64,000 nt of DNA, from contig JASVEC010000014.1 in the NCBI GenBank assembly GCA_030770535.1, forward strand, positions 372,001-436,000. The letters run 5' to 3'. Each line of letters begins with the position of its first letter. The stretch's first letter is position 1. Source of the stretch: Batkoa obscura. Taxonomy: Eukaryota. This document shows positions 50,801-64,000 of the stretch, piece after piece. The position numbers were made by a program, and so were the translations under genes. Below the pieces are notes generated by a model. It saw nothing but the letters and a program-made list of their open reading frames with translations. It did no database searches and was not told the DNA's origin.

Positions 50801-53378
50801 ATATATCTTGATGATGATGTAATTCGGGTATAAATGTAGTATAAGATGAATCTAAAGAGGTAGATGTATCTGAGTTAAATATCAAATTAGAATAACTTTT
50901 ATAGACTCCTGGTAAGCTTAATAAATGGTCATAGATGTTCATGTCATCTCTTAATTCTTCATTTCTTATCTATTATTTAATAATTAATAATTAATCAATT
51001 ATATTTATTAATATATTAATATAATTACCATTTCTCTTATATCATTTAATTGTTTATTAATGGAAGTAACTAAAGATCTTTGATAATTCTAAAGATAAAA
51101 ATATTAATATAATAATAATTATATAATTATAATAAATACAAAATTAGTATTCACTTACAGCATCATAATTTAATCTTTCGCCATTAACAAAGAAGATTGG
51201 ATCTTTCAATTTTAAATTTAATCGTTTCATATATTTATTAATTGTAATTTTAATATCTAAATCATTTGATAAATCTTCCCATTTTAAATTTAATTTTTCT
51301 TGTTTAATTAATCTTTTCAACGTATCAATTATACTTTCTTCCTTTGTAACTAAATTGTGCAATTGTTCCATCATTAAAATCACTTTTTTACTATCATATA
51401 ATTTGGATATTTTAATAAAAAAAGAGGCCAGTACTGTAATAATTAATTAATGTTAAATAAATAATTAATTAAATAAATCTTACTATTTGATGCTGATGTT
51501 ACATCATCTGATATTAATGGTATAAATCCAAATCGAATTGGTACTCCTCCATTAATTAATGGTAATATTTCGGCATTAAATGTATCAATTACTTCTGGAT
51601 TAGATAAATCTAAAGCAAATAATATATTTGCATAATTAACTGCTACTTCTGGTAAATACCCTCCATACATACCATTTAATAACTATAATTATACAAATAA
51701 ATTAATAAATATTAAATAAAGTATTTATTATTATATATTATTATTATATATTATTATCCAACTTACTCCTTTAATAGATTTATCCCAATCTTTATATAAA
51801 TCATCTTTTTGTAAATCATTTAACCAAATAATAAATGAATTATTTATATCCTCTCTAACATCAAAAATTGAACTATCATCTTGATTTTTGTCTTTGCTTT
51901 CTAATAACTGATTATTTAAAAAATCAACGGCTGAATTTAATTCCATTCCTAAATCTAATAATGAATTCACTGTCTTTCTTTCAATGTTTAATACATTTAA
52001 CAAACTAATTAAATTTAAATATTAATATATAGAATAATAATAATAATATAATATAATGACAAATAAATATAAAACTTACTGAAATATATCTACTTCAGTT
52101 AAAGAAATAGGTATACCATTAACAAATAAAATATTTGGTGCTGGAGCAGTACGAAACCAATCTCTTTGAAATTGAATGCCACTACAAATATTATTACCTA
52201 ATTTTTTACTAGCCAAAAAACTCGAATGCTTTGGAAAATTCTGAGTAAGATAAGTCCATGTTGATAATGGCAATTTAGAATCCAGTATATATTTACTCGT
52301 TTTATAACTTAAATCTAAAATATCAATTAGTTAATTAATCGTTTATTTTTTATTAATTTTACCTGTATAATTTTCATCTTTTAATTCATTAATTATAGTT
52401 GGTTCGGATATTAACTTGTTTATTAATAAATTATTATGTGAATTATATTCACTATCAATTGAATCAATCTCATTTTCAAATTCTTCATCTAAGAACATTA
52501 TTATTTTATTACTTGAATTTAATATCTTTGATAAATAGTGCTTACCATTATACAATACTCTATCATCCACTGTTTTGTATTCAATATTTTTAATATTTAA
52601 ATGAGCTCCGTAACCAGAGAGATATACATTTTTATTAGAATACAAGGGTGCATATCTTAGAATATATTGAATATTTCCCTTTTCTGCTAATTGACTTAAA
52701 ACTTGATGATTTTTTTGAAACTTAGTATCTAATTTTGGTGTATAAAATATAACATTTAATAATTCTTTTTGATTGATCTGAAAGGAAGGATGAGTATGAT
52801 CGAATGGTTGTTTTTGACTGGAGATATATCTAACAAAAATAAATTATTAATCATCTTCTTTCTTTTTATTATAATAATTCTTATTTAACTTACTCTTCAT
52901 TGACTTTTTCCACATTTATCTTTTTATCTTCCAACAATTTTACTACTTCGTTAACATCACAAAATGCCTTATTTCCCACCTGAATCCAATTATCACACTC
53001 TCCCTGTTTATTCACTTCGGTCAACACCGTTTCATTAAAAAATTGAAAGTGAGCAATCACTTTTGGGGAGGCGTATCTTGAAGCAAGGAACATATCAAAT
53101 AAATTCCAATCTTTATCTTCCATAACACCTTCTTTTTTTAATAACTTGATAAAGTTATCATAAATTTCAGCATCACTATTGAGTTCTGTTAACGAAAGCT
53201 GATTAATGATGTGAAAATAACTAGAGCTATTGAATTCCACTAAGGTTTCTAATAATTCAAATTCAAGTGGCGGACTGGCCCAATTTGATTGTAAATACAC
53301 CTGGAAAGGTTGTCCATCACAAAGGATGAAGGAGAGTAGCAAAGCTACTAATGCTACTATTCGAGCTAATAGTCTCAT
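47820..53378 (-). CDS. UGGT: UDP-glucose:glycoprotein glucosyltransferase (GT24), many exons
   Basis: Signal peptide, [71 protein letters not shown]-terminal KDEL. Confidence 0.95.
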
Positions 53379-53516
53379 TGATTGAAAATGAAAACACTTG
53401 ATATGAGATGATAAATTTTAGTAATTTTATTGAAATTAATGTTACGAAAGAGTATAAATTATCCAATCAAATTTCAATTTGAAGAAAAATTCGTAATATT
53501 TGGAATAAAAGTATTT

Positions 53517-53615
53517 GGGAGTGTTTTTTTTGACTTCATTATTTCTTCCATTTTTTAAGCACTATTTAAGCGGAAAATTTGTTAATAAAATTCTTAAACA
53601 CAAAAATACATCCCC
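53517..53615 (-). mobile_element. MITE family A, copy 12
   Basis: Reverse orientation; flanked by a direct repeat ATTT/ATTT; 140 bp upstream of the UGGT ATG. Confidence 0.87.
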
Positions 53616-54127
53616 ATTTGGTATTTTAAATGCTAAAAAGAACTTGAACTTGGTCAAAAAGAAGCAGTTGCTCCATTATTAATATCCACTTTGTCATTCT
53701 TATTTTAATAGTATAAAATCCTTTGAAATAAAATCCCATCAAAATAATCTCTCATTTGAACCAAAACAATTTCAATTCTATCAACTAGTCTTCTTTAGTA
53801 TAGGCTAGTTTAAAAGCTCTATAAGAGTTTTACAATTTCGATTTAGCAAGAATTGCAAATTTAGCACCTACCTTATAAAATAATTGTTTTCTTGGCTAAT
53901 TTTAAAATCATTTTAATAGAGTATTTTTTGTCTAGTGTTTGACTAATTTTTTTTAAGTCTATGCTACACAAAAAATGGGCAAAGATTAAGAAGTTAAAAA
54001 AGGTTTATTTTAACCGAGGCTTTTTTAAATTTACTCATATATTACTCTTTTCAGATTATAATATAAAGTACAATATATAAGCAATAATGTAAGATTATAA
54101 CAGAAATATGAGTTCCAAATGGAATTT

Positions 54128-54199
54128 GGCTAGCTGGCGCAATGGTAGCGCGTTGGACTCCAGATCTAGAGGTTAGAGGTTCGACTCCTCTGCTGGTCA
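54128..54199 (+). tRNA. tRNA-Trp(CCA), intronless, G.U-rich stems
   Basis: GGCTAGC/GCTGGTC acceptor, GCGC D stem, TTGGA-CTCCAGA-TCTAG anticodon arm, AGAGG-TTCGACT-CCTCT T arm. Confidence 0.92.
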
Positions 54200-54591
54200 A
54201 AACTTTTAGCTAATCCAAGTTGAAATGAATTTTTTAGCTTTTTTTACTAATCTATAATAAAAATGAAAATAATCTGGTTTTAAATATATATTACTCTCAA
54301 TAAAAGAACAGTTGTTAATAATAATTTAAAAGTTGAAAATTTCTTACTAATTTTTATTATAACTATAGTTATAATATAAATACTTAAATAAAATAAAATA
54401 CATTGTATAAACTTTAATACTTAAAAGCTTTAAGTTTAAACTATTTTCTTTATCAATTTTAGTTATAAAAAGCAAATAATTTTTAATTTTATATTATATA
54501 GTATTAAACAAATTAATAAAACAAAAAACTAATATTTATGTTTCTTTAACAAGGTTTTTTAAAGTTAATTTAAATAATATTAAAAATATAT

Positions 54592-54686
54592 GGGGATGTG
54601 TTTTTTTGTTTAAGAATTTTACTACAGTCCTTCCACTCAAATAGCGCTTAAAAAATGGAAAACAATAAAACTAAAAAAACAGTCCC
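54592..54686 (+). mobile_element. MITE family A, copy 13
   Basis: GGGGATGT...ACAGTCCC; flanks ATAT/AAAT. Confidence 0.85.
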
Positions 54687-54879
54687 AAATAATTAAATAA
54701 ATTTAATAAAAATTATATTAGATTACTTACTAAATTCAGGTTAAATTGGTACAGTGTTTAGTTAATATAGTGTTTACTTTATTTCAATATAAAATATGAT
54801 CATTAACCTAATAACTAAACATAGTTAATTATTGAGTAAATAACTCAACATTTTTACTACTTGATTGTTTTAATAATAT

Positions 54880-54977
54880 GGGGATGTATTTTTGTATTTA
54901 AGAATTTTACTACCAATTTTTCCACTTAAATAATGCTTAAAAGATGTAAAAATAATGAAATAAAAAAAAACATCCCC
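54880..54977 (+). mobile_element. MITE family A, copy 14
   Basis: GGGGATGT...ACATCCCC; ATAT/ATAT flanks. Confidence 0.87.
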
Positions 54978-56471
54978 ATATAACGATTGCAAAAAACCCA
55001 TAGTCTCTTGTGTATCATTTTCAAAACCTATACCCCTTTTATATATAACTTAAAATTAACACAAGCTATATATTTAGTTGATACTTTATGCTGTTTTTAT
55101 ATACTAAATTAACTTTCTCATATTTTACCGTTTTCTATTTCCAAACTTTTTTACTTGAGTCCTCTTTTTTACATTCATTTTGCTGTTTTAACTTCTAAAG
55201 AAATTTATATCAGTTCCTGTATTAAATTTAATATGATCATAACAACTAGACTACTTAAAGTTATTTTGGGAGATACTTCATAAACTTTTCTATCATTTAT
55301 GAAGTATTACAACAAAATACGCTTAAAAGTGGATTAAATAAAATTTTAATTATTCAAGATGTTAAATATTTTGAAAATTTAATAGGATGATTATAAAATA
55401 TAATTAGCAACTTATATATGTCTATATAGTACTATTTGCTCCAAATAAAATTATATGATTAGTTTCAGAACTCGCAATTTTTAAATTAACCTATGTTCCA
55501 TTTTTCTCATATAGCTTTTATCCTTTACAATAAAATTACTTTCTTAATTATTCTTATTTAGTATTTTGGTTTGTCACAATTATCTCTAGAAGGAAATTTG
55601 AGCAAGTTTTAATAAATATTTCTAATAATAATTTAAAGGAATTTAAACAAATTTCAAAATATTGAAACAAACGTTGTTGCAGTTTTAGATATATTTATTT
55701 AATTTCTACTCAAAGTTTTATTGCTCATTTTAGTTTTGAATTATTATTAAAAAATATATTGCAGTTTGTTCAAAGTTATCTTGAGACAAATATGATAGTT
55801 TGGAAATACTCATACAAAAAAGAATAATAGGAATATGCTTCTCAGACTGCTGCTACTTAAAGCTTAGTAGTTTTTAAAGACCATAGAACTTATTAAAACA
55901 ACCATCTATAAGGCCCATCTAGGAGTTAATTTTAAAAAAAGGTGGCTTTTTAAAGCTAATACGATATATTTTTAAGTTTTTATATTTAAAAGAAGGAGAG
56001 AAAAAGTTGTATTAAATTACGTCTTTACTATACTTCTAAATGATCTATTTTTTTAGCTTATTGAGTAATTAAGATGGTTATATCCGTTCAACTCAAAAAT
56101 AATAGCATTTAATCAATAAACTCAGAAAAGTTTAGCTTATCAAAAATTGATTTAATTAACTAATTTTAAATCTTATTGGTTAAATATCCATCTTTGACAA
56201 ATTCGCTCCAAGAGATTAACTCTAACCGAGTTTCTGCAAAAGTGAATGATGCTCAAGAGGCTATATATAAATTCCAAACTACAAACTTTTATTAAAACAA
56301 GTATTTTAATGGCATAGCATTTATTTTATAATTTTTTTCAATTGCAAAGTCTTGATTTTTTTGACTAATTTAAAAATAAAAATAACTTTCAAATATTTTC
56401 ACCCTATTTTTTAATTTTATTATTAATTTTTTGTTTTTATAAAATTTTAAATTTATTCAACCTTATCTTTA

Positions 56472-56760
56472 GACACTTTACGTCGAAGAAGTATCCTTGG
56501 AGCAAGAATAAGGTATCATTCAAAAGAGCTAAGTTTAAAAACAAAGAGCATATGAATACATATCGTAAAACATTAAAGTAAATGACATCTACCAAAGTTT
56601 TACTAGAGTTTTTAATAAGGTTCAGGATAAATCTACTTTGTCATAGTGTAAAGAATGGTTTTATTAATAAAGGTGTTGTTGATTTTTCTCCGGAACTACT
56701 TGAATAAATAAAAGGTGATCCCCGAGTTTATACTAAAGAATATATGGTAGTATTAGACCA
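56472..56760 (+). pseudogene. Possible decayed peptidase-inhibitor I9 / subtilisin-propeptide gene fragment
   Basis: One frame reads NGFINKGVVDFSPELLE*IKGDPRVY, which resembles the I9 G...FS.ELL..I..DP.V motif. Multiple stops and frameshifts. Confidence 0.25.
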
Positions 56761-59700
56761 ACTTAATTATATTATCACAATTTAAACCTGCTTATTATAT
56801 TAAGAACTACAGTGGTTGAAGAATAAAGATTAAACTTGATTTTTATTCTAACAGCCTTTTAATTTACCATTTTTGTATTTTAAGTTTTATCACTTGTATT
56901 TGCAATTGTCTATATTTTTCAAAATAATAATAATAAAGTGGCAATAGGACAATGATAATAATGATGATGGTAATACAACAAATGATTGAAGCCAATATAG
57001 TTTAATTAGGGAGAAGATAATGTCAATTCAAGTAACTTATTGAACCACAAAAAACAGTACAATATAATAAATTTCTATATTCTACTAATTATTAAACAGA
57101 CATATTGATTATCAAGCTTTTTAAAAATAAATAGCGAAAATAGATCATTTGAAAAGTGTTTGGATTACTTTATTTAGTTCTAAATTTATTTATTGGTTCT
57201 ATATAAAAAATTCAACTTACCATATTTATTTACTTTAGTTCAATTTCGCTATGATTATGCCTTTTTATTATATCAGCTTCAAAATCACGTTACTAAAGAT
57301 AAATTTCCGTTTGATCATTTTACACTTTTCATATATTTTTTTACTTAGCCTTGCCGTTATATTTTTTGATTTTAAAACTGTTCTTTGGATTTTGAATTCC
57401 TGTTTTCATAGCTAAACGATTGCTAGCTTTTTTAAACGCACCCTACTATTCTTCTTGAATCAAAATCTTGTTTATTATCAATAGTAGATGACGGGTGTTC
57501 TTGCCTTAATATAATTGAAACATATTCGTCAATCTAAGTCTATGCAACAAATTTACTTTTCATGTTTCGGCGATAACTAAACATGCTAAAACCCAACAGA
57601 AAGCACAAAGTTGGTGTATTAGTACAAGTTTCATTGTGAGGTTGAAAATCAAAATTTAATTAATTTACAAGTGTTAAAGTTAAAAGTATTAGTTGCCTAA
57701 ATTAAATAATGATTTAGGAAAAATGTTATCAAATTACCCATTTTACAATAAATTGATTAATATTCAAAGTTCGCCACTATAAATAAATAAGCAAATAACA
57801 GGAATAAAAACCTAAACATACAAATAGTTATATATAAAAATAATAATAACTTATCGTTATGAATAAGTATAGCTATAGTACCGCATTAAATAATATAAAA
57901 AATAAATTGACTTAAGGGAAAAGGGAAAAACGACTAATGGTAGAAGAGAATGATTCAATTTTATCTTTTAATACTAATAGTGATAAGTTGAGCATAGTTT
58001 AAAAATAGAAACTTGTTAAAGTTACTTTATAAGGTACAAAATTAGTTTATCTCTATTACAAAGTATTATCTATTAGTGTAGCATGTAGCTATAAATTAGA
58101 TTTGCTATAAAATTGCAACAATAATAAGAAACAGGGACATTTAATTAATTAAGATTACGAGTTTTATTTTTTTTGTTTCATTTTTGTTTCACTTTATTAG
58201 TACAAGTTATACTTTAAATCTTTAAAGTCCAGTAATAAAAATGACAATATGATGTATCACTAATAACAACAAAAAACAAAACCAATTTTAATAAAACAAA
58301 AAGAAATAGGACTGATGTTTAAAACATATACCAATTTTCATTTTAAAAGGTCTTAGAAGTTAAAATGTGAACTTTTATTCTTTATCTAAGAGCTTTCATT
58401 TTCTATGCTATTTCTGAAGTACTTATTCCAAAAGTCAACTTTAAACCACCCTAACTGAAATATAAAATATCAGCTAAGGAACTATATTGAATTTTAGTTG
58501 GCGTTTTATTGCGTAATATAGTTGTTGCAACTCTTTTATGGCTTTTTTAGCGTTGATTTTTATAGTTAATTTATTTACATAGTCAGTTTTCTAATGCTTG
58601 ATATTTTACTTTGACGATTTTTAATATAACTTTCTTGTTAAAATAGCAGTTAGTCATATCCCAAAAGAGCTGTAATGACTGTATAAAACAAGTTGTTCAA
58701 ATAATCTATTTAAAGAATAACAAAAATACATAGCAAATGAAAGTAAGACGGTAATAAACCAACCATTAATTAGTTAATAACACTATACACTATTTATTAG
58801 ATCAACTTTATTAATAATTGTAATAAATGTAAAATCAATTAAATTTATTTTTTAATTAGCTATAAACTGGTAGCACTTTTTTTTATTAATAAGACACTAC
58901 TATACTAATAAATTTAAGTCCATTAATACTTTAGTACAAATTAGTGGGTGGATTTAAAAATAAATTAATAATGATAATAATAATAGAGTACGAAGGTGAT
59001 TGAAATGTTGTTGATATTGCTGCTACAGCTGCTATTAATAAACTTGAATGAAAATGAGAAATTTGAAACAAAAGTTTCATGACTCAATTAAAATATCAAT
59101 TAACTAGTTTTACCGATGTTTATTAGAAGCTATTTTTAATCTTCATTGTTATTTTCTCAACTAAATAATTATCATTAAATAATATAATATAATATAATAT
59201 TAATACTATGATATATTTAATTTAAATTTTATAATAATTAAGTAATATAATAAAATATAATATACAAATCATCTATATTTTAATCAAAATTTATGAGCAT
59301 AATTTTTTTGACTGAAAAGGAAAGTGATAAAAACGGTAACAAGTCCAAAATTTAGCTTTTGATTTATTTGATTGGCTGTGTGAAAAACAATAAGCTAAAA
59401 AAGGAAAGCTAAAATCAAGAGTTTGAAATGCAAAAAGTAGGTTGTCATCACAAATTATCGTCATGTTATGTATAATGAGCATATCTACCTCTTAAATTAA
59501 ATTTATTATGTAGTTTCATTCAATATTATCATATATTATTATATATTATTATATACTCTATAGCTTCATATTTTGTTGCCTATGTTTTACTGTTTCTATA
59601 TTCTATTTCTATTTATCTATTTAAAAAGCATTAGTGGTTCAATTAATTGATCAAGTGCATAAAATTTTTAATGAGTACTTTTGAAATTTTTTGAATTTAA

Positions 59701-59973
59701 AATGACTTAAATCATTAAGTTTCAATTTAAGTTGGATTGTTGATTTTACCTTAATTTATCTTATTTATTCTTTTTATGCATAATTCAGCTAGTTCCCGAG
59801 ATTTATTTCAATTCTTTTTTAGCATATAATTGTTATTACTTTTATATTTTCAAAGCAGTTATTATTGTTTATTATTTGAAATTAATTTTTAAAAAAAAGA
59901 TATAAATACTCGGATTTTTGCTTCATTCAATTTATAAAAAAAATTTAAAACTCTTATATTTTAATACTTTAAT

Positions 59974-60810
59974 ATGATTAATTCTCGTTATCCAAACATT
60001 ACCCCTTTAAATGAAGCATCTTTGTTTCACATAAACAACTACATGGAAAACTACCCATCTCCCGATTCTCCTAGTATTCCATATACTCCATTTATGAACA
60101 TGAATATCAATACCCCAAATAACATGAACTCCACTTACTGCTCACCAAATTTATTTTCATCTTCATTTGAAAGCGAGCCAATGAGTGCTACAATGGCAAA
60201 CTATACCATACCATCCAATGTACAGCCATTTTCCCCACTTAGAATATCTCAAGATATGTTTATGAATTCTCCTACCTTTTCAGTACCATCCCCAACCAAC
60301 CATTTTGAATTTGATCAACAAAACCAACAACATTGGGAAATCAGTAGCAACGCTGCCGCAACTTCTCCAAGCATGCCCAGCTCATATTCTGTAGATGAAA
60401 AACTATTGGATATCCCACAAAATTTGATTTCAAGAGAACCAACTCCAAGAGCCTTGAAAGCAAAACGTTGCCCAACAAACAAGTGCCCATGTGGTGGTAA
60501 AGAGGACTGTAATGAGCCAGGATGTATTAAATCCGCTGGTCACTTCGTATGCCCAGTATGTAATATTGAATTTTCACGTAAGAATTCAATGCGTCGTCAT
60601 GTATTAACTCATATCAATTTAAGGCCATATGAATGCAAAACATGTCAGAAATCGTTTTATAGATCCGATATCTATAAGCGTCATTTATCTTCTAAAAAAT
60701 GTAGAAAAAATGTATCACAGTTGGAAATGTTGAGTTTAATCAATCAATCTAATAACTCAAGTATGAGTAATCCTAGCTCTGCTTCATCATTGGAATTTAA
60801 TCGATTTTGA
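59974..60810 (+). CDS. C2H2 zinc-finger transcription factor, intronless
   Basis: FVCPVCNIEFSRKNSMRRHVLTH-INLRP-YECKTCQKSFYRSDIYKRH...C; Ser/Pro-rich N-terminus. Confidence 0.88.
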   Translation: MINSRYPNITPLNEASLFHINNYMENYPSPDSPSIPYTPFMNMNINTPNNMNSTYCSPNLFSSSFESEPMSATMANYTIPSNVQPFSPLRISQDMFMNSPTFSVPSPTNHFEFDQQNQQHWEISSNAAATSPSMPSSYSVDEKLLDIPQNLISREPTPRALKAKRCPTNKCPCGGKEDCNEPGCIKSAGHFVCPVCNIEFSRKNSMRRHVLTHINLRPYECKTCQKSFYRSDIYKRHLSSKKCRKNVSQLEMLSLINQSNNSSMSNPSSASSLEFNRF

Positions 60811-61981
60811 TTGTTTTTCCAAATCGTATTATTCTTTTATTCCTGTTGACCTTGTAATTAGTTGATTCATTTCCTCCTTCTCTCTTAATTTTTATAATAT
60901 AATACTGAAATAATCTTATCTTTACTTCTTTTTTCAACCTTTACGTAATAAAATTCCATTGAGTGGATCTAATAATATAAACTTATGAATTTTTTAAATT
61001 ATACTAGATACATAATTAATTACAATAAGTTCAAGTAGTACAAAAGAATTAAAATCTATAATACCATTACTTGACTTTAATGTAAATAAACTTTTTGAAG
61101 AGAAATCTAAATTAAGAAATAAATCTATTTTTAGATAATAATATTAAGGTGAAATTATGAACTAAAATGCTATACATTTTATTTAATAGTACAGAAAATT
61201 GTGTATCTCTCATTGAATTTTATTTCTACATATTCTTGAAAAAACGATGTGGGCTGATAGCCCTAATATGAAATTAGGTACCATTTTCACCATAATTTTA
61301 TTTTGGCGCTAATTCACTTGGCAAAATTATTTGTTAAAATAAATTCATACAAATATCAAGTAATAAAAATGATAACTCAGACCCTTAATACTATTTTAAT
61401 TATTTAAAATAATCAAAATTTATTATTTTCCTGCAAAAAAAGCGGTATTTTGATTGGGTCTTATTTAACCAATAAAAATCGATAGATTGAACTACCAATT
61501 TCATTTAACGACATATTGAATTTTTTACATGAAAATTCCAACTTAAAAAACAACACCATATTTACTATCCGATTTATTTGCTATAAGATTGAGGCTTACT
61601 TTCATTTATTGCTGTTTGTTTGTTTTGTTTTTGCTTTTCTTTCGCTTTAATGAACTTTTAATTTAAACTCTATAGGGCCAATAAAATTCAGCTTTATTAG
61701 ATTATTACTTAAACTATAAAAATTAAAATAAAGAAAAGTTTATATTTTAAGATTGACAAATTAATCATAAAAATTGATTATTTAAGTAACTAGATAATGC
61801 CGAATGTTGAGAAAGTTTGCTATTAGCTTGGATGGTTGATTGATATATATTTTGATTGGTAGATGATTTCATATCAAAGTTTATATACTCTTATTTTTTC
61901 TGTATTTTGTTTTATTTATGGCGGTGGGTTTTATTCAATAGATAGGTCAATGTTAATTTATTAAATTGATATAATAAACTA

Positions 61982-62058
61982 CTATTTTCCTAATTAAATA
62001 CTATTTTCCTAATTAAAGGATTGCTTTATTTTGAACTTCTTTTATTTTGAACTTCTTT
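61982..62058 (+). repeat. Two adjacent short tandem duplications (CTATTTTCCTAATTAAA x2; TTTATTTTGAACTTCT x2)
   Basis: Directly visible. Confidence 0.65.
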
Positions 62059-64000
62059 CATTGTTATTCTTTTTGTTATATTTATTTATTCTCAGTTACC
62101 ATTCATTGATTTTGTAAAAAAAATAAGCCCTACTACTGAAACAAAAATAAACATAATAAAAAAATGAGGGGTTATAAAATGAGGGAAAAAAGAGAGACAA
62201 TGAAATAAAACAACCATAAAGCATTTAACGATATTAAAAGTAAAGATAAAAATCTAGAAGGAATGTCTTATACTATGGAACGAAACTTAACATTAAGGTA
62301 TTAAATTAAACAAGCAAAACTATGTCGCAAACTTTATTTAGCTGTCCGCCGGTCCATCATTTTATAAGGTTAGTTGCGTTTTTGCTTATATGGTCTAGCG
62401 TTATTGACCATAACTGGAATTATTGAATACGGTGTGTAAACTCATTCATAAATTGAGTAATAGCTTAGTAGATTTTTATATTGTGATGTTAGAGTTGAAG
62501 TAGTAATTATAACAAATAAAGATTATATAAATAATATAGTACTTTAAATTTATCTGCCGTTTTATAAAATTTTAAATATACATAATGTTATGTTATAAAA
62601 TATCTTTATATTTTTCTGCATATATGTTTCTAACCATTCTTTAAAAAATTAAACCCTTGATTTTTTGTAAAAAGAGAAATTGAAAGTCAATAAACTTTAA
62701 GAATAGGTTTAGAATTAATATATCTGATTAAAAAAAGTAAAGAATTATTGACAAAAAGAAGATACATTCACTTATAAAAATAAATATGATAATTTTATAT
62801 TAAACAAACTTACTATTTTAAGTGATTCCTTTTTTTAGAAACTTCGCCATTCGTCTCCTTTCTGTTTTCATGTTGTTATGCTAATATACATATAGCATAC
62901 GCTATCAATGGATAAGATAATTCATTAATAAATTATAAAGCGTCTAAATAAATAAGAGCATATATTACTTGGTGGAAAAATAATTTCAAAATAAATCACT
63001 TATGATAAAGTTATTTAAAAAAGTAAACATTTACAAATCAAGGGAATTTAAAATATATCAATATAGTTAACAAATTATTATTTATATTTAGTCATGGTTT
63101 ATATTTATTTATATTAAATAATAACTTTCAATGATGAGCAGCTTTCAAAAAAATATTATTATTGAGCTTTTATATATTAGTTATGCTTTTTTGTTATTAT
63201 ATCAGAACTGAACTAAACTAAATAGTCGAGAATTAGAGTTTTTAAAAATTAAGCTATAATTTTTCTTGTTTTTAAATAAATCGGTCTTTTTAAGATCATA
63301 TTATAACAAGAAAATACTTGTTTATTCATTTCAATTAGTACCTGTAACTAGTTAATGAAATGACTTAATACAAATTATAAGGCGTTTATTGAACTAAGTA
63401 TGTAAGCAATTACAGACTAAAGAAAAAGAAAGGAAAATTAAGAAAGTGTTGGTCGTAGTTCAAATACTCACATTTGACTATAATAAGTCAAGTTTAATAA
63501 ATTTCAATATTCATATAAAGGAACTTTAGTCTCTATAATAATAATAATTATTATTATCATAACTATCTTAATAGTATTATAAGAAAGATAAATTGATAGA
63601 ATGTTAAATACGAGTCTAAAATTCATGCTACAAGTTGAATTAGGTAAACCACTATTTATTAAAATTATAAATATCAATGTATAGCTTATTATGCTAATAA
63701 AAAATACTAGTAATATCAACAAGTAAAAATCGCAATAAATTGAAAAATTTCTTAATAAACTAAGAGAAGTGAATAATTACGAAATAAAGAAATTTTCCAA
63801 CTAATTTAAGTAAACGAGCTCTGAATCAACTATTATTTTTTTTTCACAACTTATTATAATAGATGATAACATTTAAGGGAAAATATTTAGGCGTTATAAA
63901 AACCGATGTTATTACTTTTAAGCTTTATTAGTTGAGACGTTTCTTAAGTAGTGTACCAAATTTTGTTTATTTTATTAACTATTTTTCAAAGATTAAGTTA

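Noticed and set aside
63504..63722. 72-aa hydrophobic ORF
   Set aside because: Starts at TTG, and the Ile-rich sequence derives from ATT/ATA repeats; no motif.

Overview
A very AT-rich eukaryotic (fungal) nuclear region with many short (~45-90 nt) GT-AG introns. The style suggests an early-diverging fungus such as Zoopagomycota/Entomophthorales; this is an inference, not a match. It carries about 21 protein-coding genes: PHO8-like alkaline phosphatase, LTO1, ERV14, a secreted tyrosinase, a kelch/TM protein, DBP10, mitochondrial ProRS, CAC2, RPL4, GH47 mannosidase, a RhoGEF, CSN6, PCBD, SIS1, IMPACT/YIH1, a DAD2-like gene, G-gamma, LAMTOR3, a coiled-coil protein, SPT5, UGGT and a C2H2 TF. It also has tRNA-Cys(GCA), tRNA-Trp(CCA), 14 copies of a ~100-bp MITE and two other foldback elements. 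The most notable observations: (1) an Spt5 whose canonical TP-repeat CTR is replaced by a ~550-aa tail with 25 Trp residues, resembling the Argonaute-hook tails of plant SPT5L/KTF1 and NRPE1; (2) a ~100-bp MITE family with GRG...CYC ends and 4-bp AWWT target duplications (Sola-like); (3) a Dad2 domain at the end of a ~390-aa charged extension; (4) a tandem DH-DH-PH RhoGEF; (5) a G-gamma CaaX box split by an intron. Gene models were spliced by eye, and exon boundaries are approximate unless stated.
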